A stretch of 64,000 bases of DNA from a virus: positions 1 to 64,000 of IMG/VR virus record IMGVR_UViG_3300025815_002670. One strand, given 5' to 3'. A program made the position numbers and the translations under genes. Shown in pieces: positions 1 to 7,937 of the stretch (position 1 is its first letter; every line of letters starts with the position of its first letter). The notes under the pieces are model-generated. The model was given only the letters and a program-made list of their open reading frames with translations, was not told the DNA's origin and did no database searches.

Positions 1-57
1 AGGCTTGCACTGGGGGTTTTGTCGTTGTTGGAATAATAGCCTTTGTAGCCCTGGAAA

Positions 58-514
58 CCCATAGGAAACCCTAGTAGGAGGTTAGTAGGGCATAGGGGGC
101 GTTGGAGCACACGAAATGGGCGATGTATTTAGCCCACGCTCGCCCAAACTTTCTCCTCGCCCTAAACCCGCCATTCATGCCCCTTTACGCCCTTGCAACC
201 CCAACTATCCCATAGCAACGACCTCTGCTTCCCAGCGATAATAAGCTACCCACAGCCAACCCATAATAAAGCCTATCCCTCCCTTACCCAAAGTTAAACT
301 CGATCCGCCTAGAAAGCGCACTTACAAAAACGCCCTTTTTCCTCTACCCATAGCAATCATTACTTTCCCATAGAACCCATAGAAACTATTCTATCTCGCC
401 CTAGAGCAAACCTAAACTAAACCCGCATAAATAGGGCATCTACAAAAACACCTATTTTCCCAGGTTGCCCCTAGCAAACCCATAGCAGATCCTTCTAGCC
501 CATTCTTCCCATAG
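58..514 (+). repeat. Dispersed array of the heptamer CCCATAG in a non-coding, C-skewed region
   Basis: Exact CCCATAG at 58, 209, 347, 367, 376, 479 and 508, all on one strand. Variants CCCACAG (249), CCCATAA (260) and several CCCTAG also occur. No credible ORF here. Confidence 0.75.
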
Positions 515-805
515 CAAGGCAGCAATAAGCAGCGGACATAAACAAGCGAAAGTTGTTTTGACCAACGGAGCAAACTCCACTATGGCCTCCTCCCCTCCCC
601 CTCCCCCCCCGGTATGCCGGGATGTAACTACCATATGGGTCAGGCCGCCAAAGGCGGCCAAATACACTCGCTACACCCACAGAAAAATCCCAGAATATAA
701 AACCCCTACTACCCCTTCATGCCCTTCGCTGCCCTACTGCATTCATGCAATGAATGCGTTTTATCCCTGGAAGGCTTACTACCCCCTTACTACCCAATAA
801 AAGAC

Positions 806-834
806 TTGCTTCCCATATAAAGGCGTGTTAAAAT
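806..834 (+). promoter_or_regulatory. sigma70-type promoter upstream of the HNH gene
   Basis: TTGCTT (806-811), 17-nt spacer, TAAAAT (829-834) with extended -10 TG; GGAGG SD before ATG 869. Confidence 0.6.
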
Positions 835-868
835 AATACCAGAATAAAATTCCAGATTTGGAGGATAA

Positions 869-1303
869 ATGAAATGCTGGGAATGTGAACTTGAAACTGA
901 AGTTATACATCATCATCATGTTGTGCCTCAATCTCGTGGTGGAACCAAGACAGTTCCCCTCTGCGAGCCTTGTCATTCAAAAGCACATCATAAAGAAAAA
1001 AATATGACCACCTCAAAGCTTACAAGAGAAGCCATCATAAAATTACGAAAAGAAGGTCGATGGCCCGGTCGCCCCCCTTATGGCTTTAAAGTTGTTAATG
1101 GCTATTTGGAAAAAGATGATAATTGGAATCACATTATCGAGGCATTTAAACTTCGCTCCCAGGGTGCTCGATGGGCTGTCGTCTGCGACAAGCTTGGAAG
1201 AATGTCTCGACGAGGCGCTCGCAGGCTTCTTGAACGTTATGGCGATATTGATGGCTTTATTCATTTTACAAACACAAACTTGAGAAAAGCATCAAAAGAA
1301 TAG
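869..1303 (+). CDS. HNH endonuclease with a C-terminal recombinase-domain-like/HTH segment
   Basis: CxxC...HHVVPQSRGG...LCEPCHSKAH is an HNH motif. GRWPGRPPYGF resembles the start of the serine-recombinase 'recombinase' DNA-binding domain. Confidence 0.75.
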   Translation: MKCWECELETEVIHHHHVVPQSRGGTKTVPLCEPCHSKAHHKEKNMTTSKLTREAIIKLRKEGRWPGRPPYGFKVVNGYLEKDDNWNHIIEAFKLRSQGARWAVVCDKLGRMSRRGARRLLERYGDIDGFIHFTNTNLRKASKE

Positions 1304-1304
1304 A

Positions 1305-1312
1305 ACTATTTA
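1305..1312 (+). promoter_or_regulatory. Candidate phage late promoter motif ACTATTTA (first of about 14 copies)
   Basis: Same or single-variant motif at 1593, 2241, 5423, 9785, 10221, 12549, 14132, 15466, 17896, 39285, 47312, 50346 and 60982, nearly all shortly upstream of start codons. Confidence 0.6.
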
Positions 1313-1316
1313 CTAT

Positions 1317-1583
1317 GTGAATAACGAACCACCTGAACCTCAAAAGGGATGGCTTGTCCAAAGGCTGCCTTACAAGGGCGTGATGGATACTTTATATGTG
1401 CCAAAATATTACGGCATTATCCTTACCGTTTATCGATCCAAGAAAGAGGTTGAAGTTATGTTTTTTATTCCTGATTACCGACATAATTCTGGAAGGGCAA
1501 ATACAGCAAAAGTTATAATTCCCTATAATCAAATCAAGGTTATTAGTATTGGACCCGAAGAAAAATACGGGGAAAAAATTTGA
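1317..1583 (+). CDS. Hypothetical protein, possibly a small SH3/KOW-like beta protein
   Basis: 88-aa ORF filling the gap; pattern GWLV...YGIIL...VEVMF...IKVIS. Confidence 0.55.
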   Translation: MNNEPPEPQKGWLVQRLPYKGVMDTLYVPKYYGIILTVYRSKKEVEVMFFIPDYRHNSGRANTAKVIIPYNQIKVISIGPEEKYGEKI

Positions 1584-1604
1584 GATTTTTGAACTACTTA
1601 TTGC

Positions 1605-1943
1605 ATGGAGCTTTATGTATATAACGCGAAGCTTGATCGCGTGGTTGACGGCGACACTATTGACGCCATGATTGATTTGGGTTTTGATACCTGGGTTTTT
1701 AAAAGAATCCGCCTCCTTGGCATAGATGCCCCTGAGACACGCACAAGGGATCTGGTTGAAAAGGAAGCCGGCCTGAAAACAAAAGAGCGTTTAAAGGAGC
1801 TTCTCGGACCTGAGGGAAGCCCTTTTGTTTTGCGTTCTAACTCTGTTGGCAAATATGGTCGTGTCCTTGGAACAATCTGGGTTGGTGAAAAAAATATTAA
1901 CGACCTGCTTTTGGAAGAGGGGCTTGCGGAGGTTTATGAATGA
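1605..1943 (+). CDS. Thermonuclease (SNase-like) family nuclease
   Basis: RVVDGDT...RIRLLGIDAPE...GKYGRVLG...NDLLLEEGLA are canonical SNase motifs. Confidence 0.9.
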   Translation: MELYVYNAKLDRVVDGDTIDAMIDLGFDTWVFKRIRLLGIDAPETRTRDLVEKEAGLKTKERLKELLGPEGSPFVLRSNSVGKYGRVLGTIWVGEKNINDLLLEEGLAEVYE

Positions 1944-2290
1944 GAGAACCTTATTTTATTGAAAACAGCAAGTTTCCTGTTTTCTTGTCCCATTTTGCCC
2001 CGATCGATATCTGGGCTGTTAGTTTTGGTATTTGGGTCTGGTGTGTTGGTGAACTTTCAGGCATTAGCAGAAGACACGAGACCATCCATTATTATCAACA
2101 GTTGGAACTGCTTTTTATTGGACAGTGGGTTCTTTATGGGTTATTCTATTTGATAGCCTTTGCCAAATATGGTGATGGTGCCATGGCTTATCGTAGAATC
2201 CCATTTGAACAAGAAGCTTATGGAAACGAGAAAGACGAATACTATTTATACAATAGAAAAGCGTTTGCATGGAGATCTTATAAGATATGA
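1940..2290 (+). CDS. Small zincin-like (HExxH) membrane-associated protein
   Basis: RHETIH, a hydrophobic segment, then AYRRIPFEQEAY with a third-ligand Glu. Confidence 0.7.
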   Translation: MREPYFIENSKFPVFLSHFAPIDIWAVSFGIWVWCVGELSGISRRHETIHYYQQLELLFIGQWVLYGLFYLIAFAKYGDGAMAYRRIPFEQEAYGNEKDEYYLYNRKAFAWRSYKI

Positions 2291-3978
2291 GACTATTACT
2301 TGAAAAATGGGAAGCATACCTTGAAGAAGGCAAAGCAGACGATATTGTTGCAAAATATCCAAACCTTAAGCCTGCTTTTGACGCCGGAATAAAAAATCCC
2401 CAGCAACTTACCTGGATGTCAAAAAGGCTTGGCGACACTCCTATTGAAGATGCAATCGATGCAGTAAAAGAATTTGACAAAGCAAAGTCTGCTTTAAAAG
2501 CCAAAAAGAAAAATACTGATATCTATGGTTATAAAACTGTTCAAGATCTAAAAGACATTGTTCAATCCATTGGTCCATCAGGAAGTGAAAAAGATGCTCA
2601 ACTTGAAAAAGAAAGAATTCTTGTTGGCGAGTTTGGTGATTGGAAAGTTGAATTGCCGCTTACAACAGCGTCGGCTTGTCAAATTGGAAAAGGAACAGTG
2701 TGGTGCACTGCTGCAACAAAAGTTAAAAACATGTTTTTGCATTATACTGAACAGGGCTATATTCTTTTTCACATTACAAAAAGAGGTGCAGATCCAAGAA
2801 AAGATCCTACTGCGAAACTTAATGTTGGGTTTAAAGATGGAGAGGCCGTTTTAGATGGCAACACTGGTGGTTTATCTGTTGATGCAAAAAATATTGGTCT
2901 TAACACCAATAAATTACAAAAAATCCTCGGAGATCAGTTTGAGCCAATCATGCAAGCTATGCAGGCACAATCGGATGAATTAGGTGGCATTCATCCAGCA
3001 AAGGGCGAAAAAGAAGAAAGAGAAAGGAAACAAAGAGAAGAGACATTGAATGGGGCAGAGCGAGCCGCCAAAGATCCAGAACTAAATAAAGAATTTTACG
3101 AAAGAATCAAAGGACAGATGCCAGACCTTCGTATCACTTATTTAGAAAAACTTTTTGCTTCGGAGCCTATTCCTGAGGTTGTTGACTTTTATGTAGAAGA
3201 GGCTCTTAACGGTCCAGATGACAACGCCGGCATTCGGGTTCTTTCTACTCGTGCAAGGCCCGCTGCAATTGATCGTATTTTTGTTAAATCGAAAGAAATG
3301 GGTAAAGAAATTTCTGCTACTTTTGCTATTTTGCTGTCAAGGAGCCCATATATTCATGCCGAGGCTTTGGTCCGTTTAACAGAAATTCCTGCATTTATCA
3401 ATCATGATGACAGTAGTTCAGTTAGAATGAGTGTATTGGGTAATGATAAGTTGCCACTCAAAGTGGCTTTAAAATATCTTGATAAATACATCGAAGAAAG
3501 AAAGTCTCTGTCATCACAAGATCGCGACCGTGAGAGCTTTTTAAAACGAGTAGAAGCGGATAACGTGATTGAAGATATGGCATCAAGAAAAGACCTGCCA
3601 CCAGAAATGCTTAAAAAATTAGCAAAAACTTCTGATAGTGCCAAAGTTCTCTCTGATGTCGGTATGAATGTCAACACTCCTCCAGATGTTCTGCTTGACT
3701 TGGCAACGGAACGAATTTTTATGATTAAAATGGCAGTTGCTAAAAACCCTTCAAGTCCAGCAAATGTTTTGACAGCGCTATTAAAAAGTATTAAAAAAGA
3801 TGTTTTGGATGGTACTGGAAGAGGTAAACGACGAGCAGAGCAGCTTACAAGCGCTGTTCAAAATAACCCAAATTATACAATAGCGGGCAGAGTTAAGGCA
3901 GGTGCTTCGGATCTTCTTAGAAGACTAGTTAAAGAAGAACTTGAAGCCGTTCTTCGTGAAAAGGGCATAAAAAATTGA
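2287..3978 (+). CDS. Tagged protein with a GxxWCT (possibly PcfJ-like) domain and C-terminal leucine-rich-variant (LRV/HEAT-like) repeats
   Basis: N-terminus MRLLLEKWEAYLEE; GTVWCTA motif; NVNTPPDVLLDLA, VAKNPSSPANVL and VQNNPN repeats; C-terminal LRRLVKEEL. Confidence 0.65.
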   Translation: MRLLLEKWEAYLEEGKADDIVAKYPNLKPAFDAGIKNPQQLTWMSKRLGDTPIEDAIDAVKEFDKAKSALKAKKKNTDIYGYKTVQDLKDIVQSIGPSGSEKDAQLEKERILVGEFGDWKVELPLTTASACQIGKGTVWCTAATKVKNMFLHYTEQGYILFHITKRGADPRKDPTAKLNVGFKDGEAVLDGNTGGLSVDAKNIGLNTNKLQKILGDQFEPIMQAMQAQSDELGGIHPAKGEKEERERKQREETLNGAERAAKDPELNKEFYERIKGQMPDLRITYLEKLFASEPIPEVVDFYVEEALNGPDDNAGIRVLSTRARPAAIDRIFVKSKEMGKEISATFAILLSRSPYIHAEALVRLTEIPAFINHDDSSSVRMSVLGNDKLPLKVALKYLDKYIEERKSLSSQDRDRESFLKRVEADNVIEDMASRKDLPPEMLKKLAKTSDSAKVLSDVGMNVNTPPDVLLDLATERIFMIKMAVAKNPSSPANVLTALLKSIKKDVLDGTGRGKRRAEQLTSAVQNNPNYTIAGRVKAGASDLLRRLVKEELEAVLREKGIKN

Positions 3979-4568
3979 TGAAACTCCTGCTTGAAAGATG
4001 GAACAAATTTCTTAAAGAGGAAAGCAATTCTTTACATCATACCTGCCCAGAAGCAGACCCTGCGGGCTTTAAGACTTATTACAGAATTGACAGGAATGAC
4101 CCGCCATCAATAGAACAGATTTTAAACTGTTGGGTTAAAAACGAAGCTGCTATTTATGATAGCAATGTAAACCATCTAAAACCAGCGCTTTATCAAACTG
4201 GCGATTTGACACCGTACAGAGAGTATCCAAGAGGATACTTAAGAAACCAACCAGAAACACAGCGCTATCAAGATCTGAAGAAAGACATTGAGGAAAATGG
4301 TTTTCGAGACCCAATTATAATTCTACTTGGTAAAAACGGAGTTGCTAAGATCGGTGAAGGAAATCACAGGCATGAAATTGCATTAGAACTTGGAATAGAA
4401 AAGACGCCAGTAAGGTTTGTTTTTTGGCAGAATGTTAGCAAACCATCAACACAAGAACTTGACAACCTCTATGGGGACAAAATACAGGAGCCGGAAGAAA
4501 AGCCCCGTATGTCTGATCAAGAATACGAAGAACTTATGGCTCTAATCTTTGGGAAGGAAAAACAATGA
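3978..4568 (+). CDS. Tagged ParB/Sulfiredoxin-like domain protein
   Basis: LKKDIEENGFRDPIII...IGEGNHRHEIALELGIEKTPV is the ParB/Srx signature; N-terminus MKLLLERWNKFLKEE; TGATG overlap. Confidence 0.8.
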   Translation: MKLLLERWNKFLKEESNSLHHTCPEADPAGFKTYYRIDRNDPPSIEQILNCWVKNEAAIYDSNVNHLKPALYQTGDLTPYREYPRGYLRNQPETQRYQDLKKDIEENGFRDPIIILLGKNGVAKIGEGNHRHEIALELGIEKTPVRFVFWQNVSKPSTQELDNLYGDKIQEPEEKPRMSDQEYEELMALIFGKEKQ

Positions 4569-5410
4569 AACTATTACTTGAAAAATGGAATAAATATGTT
4601 GTTTCTGAAACTGTTGGTTGGCAAGGTGGAGAACCACTCACTTCTGTTCAGACAGACAATGTTTTGTTTTTGAGCACAGAAGCTGATAATCGACCGGGTT
4701 TTGATTCTTTTCTTGAAAATCAACTCTTTTCAGATGCTGACATTTATCCATTATCGGATCACATTGAAGAGTTAGTGAGGCAGGTTCCTGCTCTTAGTAG
4801 TGAAAAAATAACTTCTATTGCTGGCGTAGGATCAAAAGGCGTTGCTTTAAGGCTAAAAAATGGCAATATCTTAAAGCTTTATGTTGGCGGTTGGCTAGAT
4901 CCCTTAGGCGCCGGCGAAGAAGAAGAGGAATTCTATGCTTCTGAAAAATCAAAGTTATTTGATAAATCTGGAAATATTTCTACATTACCAGTTTATGATC
5001 AGGGAACTGTTGATGTCCACGATGCAATGATAAAATACTCTGAGATGGCAGAAGTTATGCCATTTAATAAATACTTGGATTTTACAGGTCGTAACAGCGA
5101 AGAGGATTTGATAAATATAGAAGCGGCTATTGCAGCTATAAAGCGTGTTATTATAATGTATCAAATTCCAAGTTACTATGGTCCACCTGCAAACAGAGTT
5201 ACTTTACCACAAAGAATTGAAAGATCTATTAGAGCAATTAGAAGGTCTAGCCTAACCGGACCAGAGGTTAAAGGGCTTGCTGTCATGCTCAAATATGTTA
5301 TTACAGAATATGGCCCTGAATACTTAGAAGATTTTCACGAAGGAAACTTTGGTGTTGTTCAGCAGACAGTGGCAACAAATAAACCAGCATTTGTTCTTTT
5401 TGACCCGTAA
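4565..5410 (+). CDS. Tagged minimal protein-kinase-like (ePK/APH superfamily) enzyme
   Basis: AGVGSKGVA Gly loop, ILKL lysine, EDFHEGNFG catalytic loop, terminal VLFDP metal-binding Asp; N-terminus MKLLLEKWNKY. Confidence 0.7.
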   Translation: MKLLLEKWNKYVVSETVGWQGGEPLTSVQTDNVLFLSTEADNRPGFDSFLENQLFSDADIYPLSDHIEELVRQVPALSSEKITSIAGVGSKGVALRLKNGNILKLYVGGWLDPLGAGEEEEEFYASEKSKLFDKSGNISTLPVYDQGTVDVHDAMIKYSEMAEVMPFNKYLDFTGRNSEEDLINIEAAIAAIKRVIIMYQIPSYYGPPANRVTLPQRIERSIRAIRRSSLTGPEVKGLAVMLKYVITEYGPEYLEDFHEGNFGVVQQTVATNKPAFVLFDP

Positions 5411-5450
5411 GTCTCATTGAAAACTATTTATTGCACGGAGAAAACTTATA

Positions 5451-7937
5451 ATGAAAGACCTTTTTGGTGGCTGGCGTGGTTTCCTCAAGACGCCCTCTGT
5501 TTTAGAAATAATCAAAGAAGACCTTATTAGAGAATTTAACCAAGCAGACAAAGAGAGTCTATTAGCAAGCGAAGCAGACTTTTCGGTTTCTTATGAAATT
5601 GAACTGGAAAGTAGGACTCCATTAGAAGGACGCGATTACGACGACTATCGTTATGATATGGAGCCAGAGCTTAACTATGAAGCAATGCGCGACTTTATCG
5701 AAGACATGGATTTTCTAGATCAGGTGCTAGAAGAAGATCTAGATAGTTTTCTTAATTATGATCTCAATATTCGAGACGTGAACGAAATGTTAACAGCATA
5801 TTTTGAGTTTGTTCACGGAAGAGAGCCTGCTGGTTCGGAACAAGAAGCAATGTTGCTTGGTCTTGCTATGGATTATAACGAATCCATAAAAGACACATAC
5901 GAACAATTTATCAATGCCATCTCATCGGTTGGAAAAGTAAACAAGCGCCAGCGCGGGGCAAAGATGGAGTGGGCCAAAAAGACAGGTCAATTTTTGAAAA
6001 AAGCGTTTGATTATGAAGACGACCCAGCACAACAAGATTTATTCCCGGATGCTGATGTCCGTGGGCAGAAAATGGTGGACTGGATTACGAAAAATCTTTT
6101 TGATTTAGAAGATCCAGGCGCTGCGCAAAAACGCGGTGAAGTTGGGATAGTTACTCTTCTTAGAAATGTTTATTCTAGTTTTTATTCGATTGGCGAACTC
6201 GAAGATGAGGTCGGAGAATTTTATAATGACTTTGCAAATAGCGGTGGCCGCTGGACGTATGTTAGTGGAGCTAGTGCAATTGGTTCTCCAAACGATGTGT
6301 TTAGAAATAAACTTTCTTATGTTTTAGCTGAAATGGTTGATAAAAAAGCAGAAGAAAAAGCAGATGAAAGGATGCGAGATACATTAGAAGATCCAGAGTC
6401 ATTTTTAAGAGACATTTATACAGATTATGAATTTGAAGAAAGATTTATGACCCAACCAGAACCAGAAGAGGAAGAAGAAGATGATTTGGACCTTCTTCGT
6501 GAGCATCTTCCTAACTTTATGGCAAGATATGAGAACGTTCTAAAATTTGAAGAAGATGCGTCTCTACAAAATGGTGTTGAGTTCTCTATGGATAACCCTC
6601 CTTATCTTACTGGTCTTAATGAAGCTATTGAATTTCTTAAAATATTCTTTGAGGATTTCAATAACCAGACCAACTGGGTTATGTCTGATCGAACTGGCCT
6701 TCATACAAACGTAGGCTACATCCCAACTGTCGCACATGAAGACAGAGACCTGTTCAAAGGAATGCTTTTCCTAAACGACGATATGGCCAAAAGAGGCTTC
6801 GAGAAGCGCAAAAACTCTCGCTGGGCTATGGACATTAAGAGAGACGCTTTGGATATGGTTTCCAAAGGCTTTGGTGATGCTAAGGTAAACATCGGAGAAA
6901 TAATCAAAGATGAAGAGAAAATGGAAGAGCTAAGGCAGCGACTCTCCAATTCAGTAGAAAATTCCGTTCAAGGAAAATATGTCAAGTATCTCGGTATGAA
7001 CATCACTTATTTAGAAAATATGGATTATATTGAATTTAGATATCCTGGGCAAGACGAACCAACTTATCAGAGTATGGTTAACGCTACCCTTTACTATGCC
7101 CACCTTATAAAAACAATCAATGACGAAGACTACAAGAAAAAGGAATACATTACAAAACTTGTTGGTTTCTTCAACAACCTTCGTGCCAAAGATCTAGAAA
7201 CAGACAGACAAGATCTAAAAACTGCTAGAAAGTTTTTCAACCTTCCTCTCGGCACACAGTTTGTCTATGCACCAGATACGAGTATTGGCTCACCATCAGC
7301 AAATGATGGTTTAAGGGCTTGGATTAAAGTTTATTATGAAAATGAATTAAAGCCGGAACTTCTAAAGAAAGCAGGGCCGGATGGTGTTGTTCAGTTTAAT
7401 CAAATGAACATTACAATTGGTGAAGTACCTGATAAATTGGAAAGTCTGATCTTTAGCCAACTCGGCTATGGCGTTAGAATTCCTATTTTTTATGATGGGT
7501 TAAAGAAAAAATTAAACAGACCTGACCTTAAAGGAAAAGATAAATATCTCATTAAGTGGATTTTTCCAAGAGAACAGAAAAGCGGAAAGCCAGACTTTAG
7601 GGTAGCAACTCAAAGTATGGGAATTTTTGTAAGAAGTTTAAACAAATTTCATCTATCAGATCCAGAATATGCTATTAAGAAGTCAGGTATGGAAGTTGAC
7701 TTGAGCGACCCCCTTGAACTACCTGAAATGGGTTACAAGGCTCTGCAAGCGATTCGCGACTTAGGTTGGAGGAGAATGGCGGATAAACAAGACGAAGGCG
7801 AAGAACTTGACGAACTCAAGTTCACGTTTGCTTCCATGAATAATCCTGTCTATGTTAAATTCCTAAGATGGTACAAAGAGCAATACAGAAAGTGGAAGCG
7901 TGGCGATCTTGAATATATGATATCTGGGGGTGAGTGA
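5451..7937 (+). CDS. Putative amidoligase (COOH-NH2 ligase, glutamine-synthetase-like fold) with a large acidic insert
   Basis: SYEIELE ... EEDASLQNGVEF ... RTGLHTNVG ... YIEFRYPG motifs in the expected order; N-terminus MKDLFGGWRGFLK. Confidence 0.7.
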   Translation: MKDLFGGWRGFLKTPSVLEIIKEDLIREFNQADKESLLASEADFSVSYEIELESRTPLEGRDYDDYRYDMEPELNYEAMRDFIEDMDFLDQVLEEDLDSFLNYDLNIRDVNEMLTAYFEFVHGREPAGSEQEAMLLGLAMDYNESIKDTYEQFINAISSVGKVNKRQRGAKMEWAKKTGQFLKKAFDYEDDPAQQDLFPDADVRGQKMVDWITKNLFDLEDPGAAQKRGEVGIVTLLRNVYSSFYSIGELEDEVGEFYNDFANSGGRWTYVSGASAIGSPNDVFRNKLSYVLAEMVDKKAEEKADERMRDTLEDPESFLRDIYTDYEFEERFMTQPEPEEEEEDDLDLLREHLPNFMARYENVLKFEEDASLQNGVEFSMDNPPYLTGLNEAIEFLKIFFEDFNNQTNWVMSDRTGLHTNVGYIPTVAHEDRDLFKGMLFLNDDMAKRGFEKRKNSRWAMDIKRDALDMVSKGFGDAKVNIGEIIKDEEKMEELRQRLSNSVENSVQGKYVKYLGMNITYLENMDYIEFRYPGQDEPTYQSMVNATLYYAHLIKTINDEDYKKKEYITKLVGFFNNLRAKDLETDRQDLKTARKFFNLPLGTQFVYAPDTSIGSPSANDGLRAWIKVYYENELKPELLKKAGPDGVVQFNQMNITIGEVPDKLESLIFSQLGYGVRIPIFYDGLKKKLNRPDLKGKDKYLIKWIFPREQKSGKPDFRVATQSMGIFVRSLNKFHLSDPEYAIKKSGMEVDLSDPLELPEMGYKALQAIRDLGWRRMADKQDEGEELDELKFTFASMNNPVYVKFLRWYKEQYRKWKRGDLEYMISGGE

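Noticed and set aside
58-514. CRISPR array
   Set aside because: The repeat unit is only 7-9 nt with irregular spacing; no 25-45-nt repeats with unique spacers were seen anywhere in the window
452-800. ORFs 452-667(-), 495-680(-) and 558-800(+) with poly-Gly/poly-Pro
   Set aside because: Products of the low-complexity C tract; no SD and no protein-like composition
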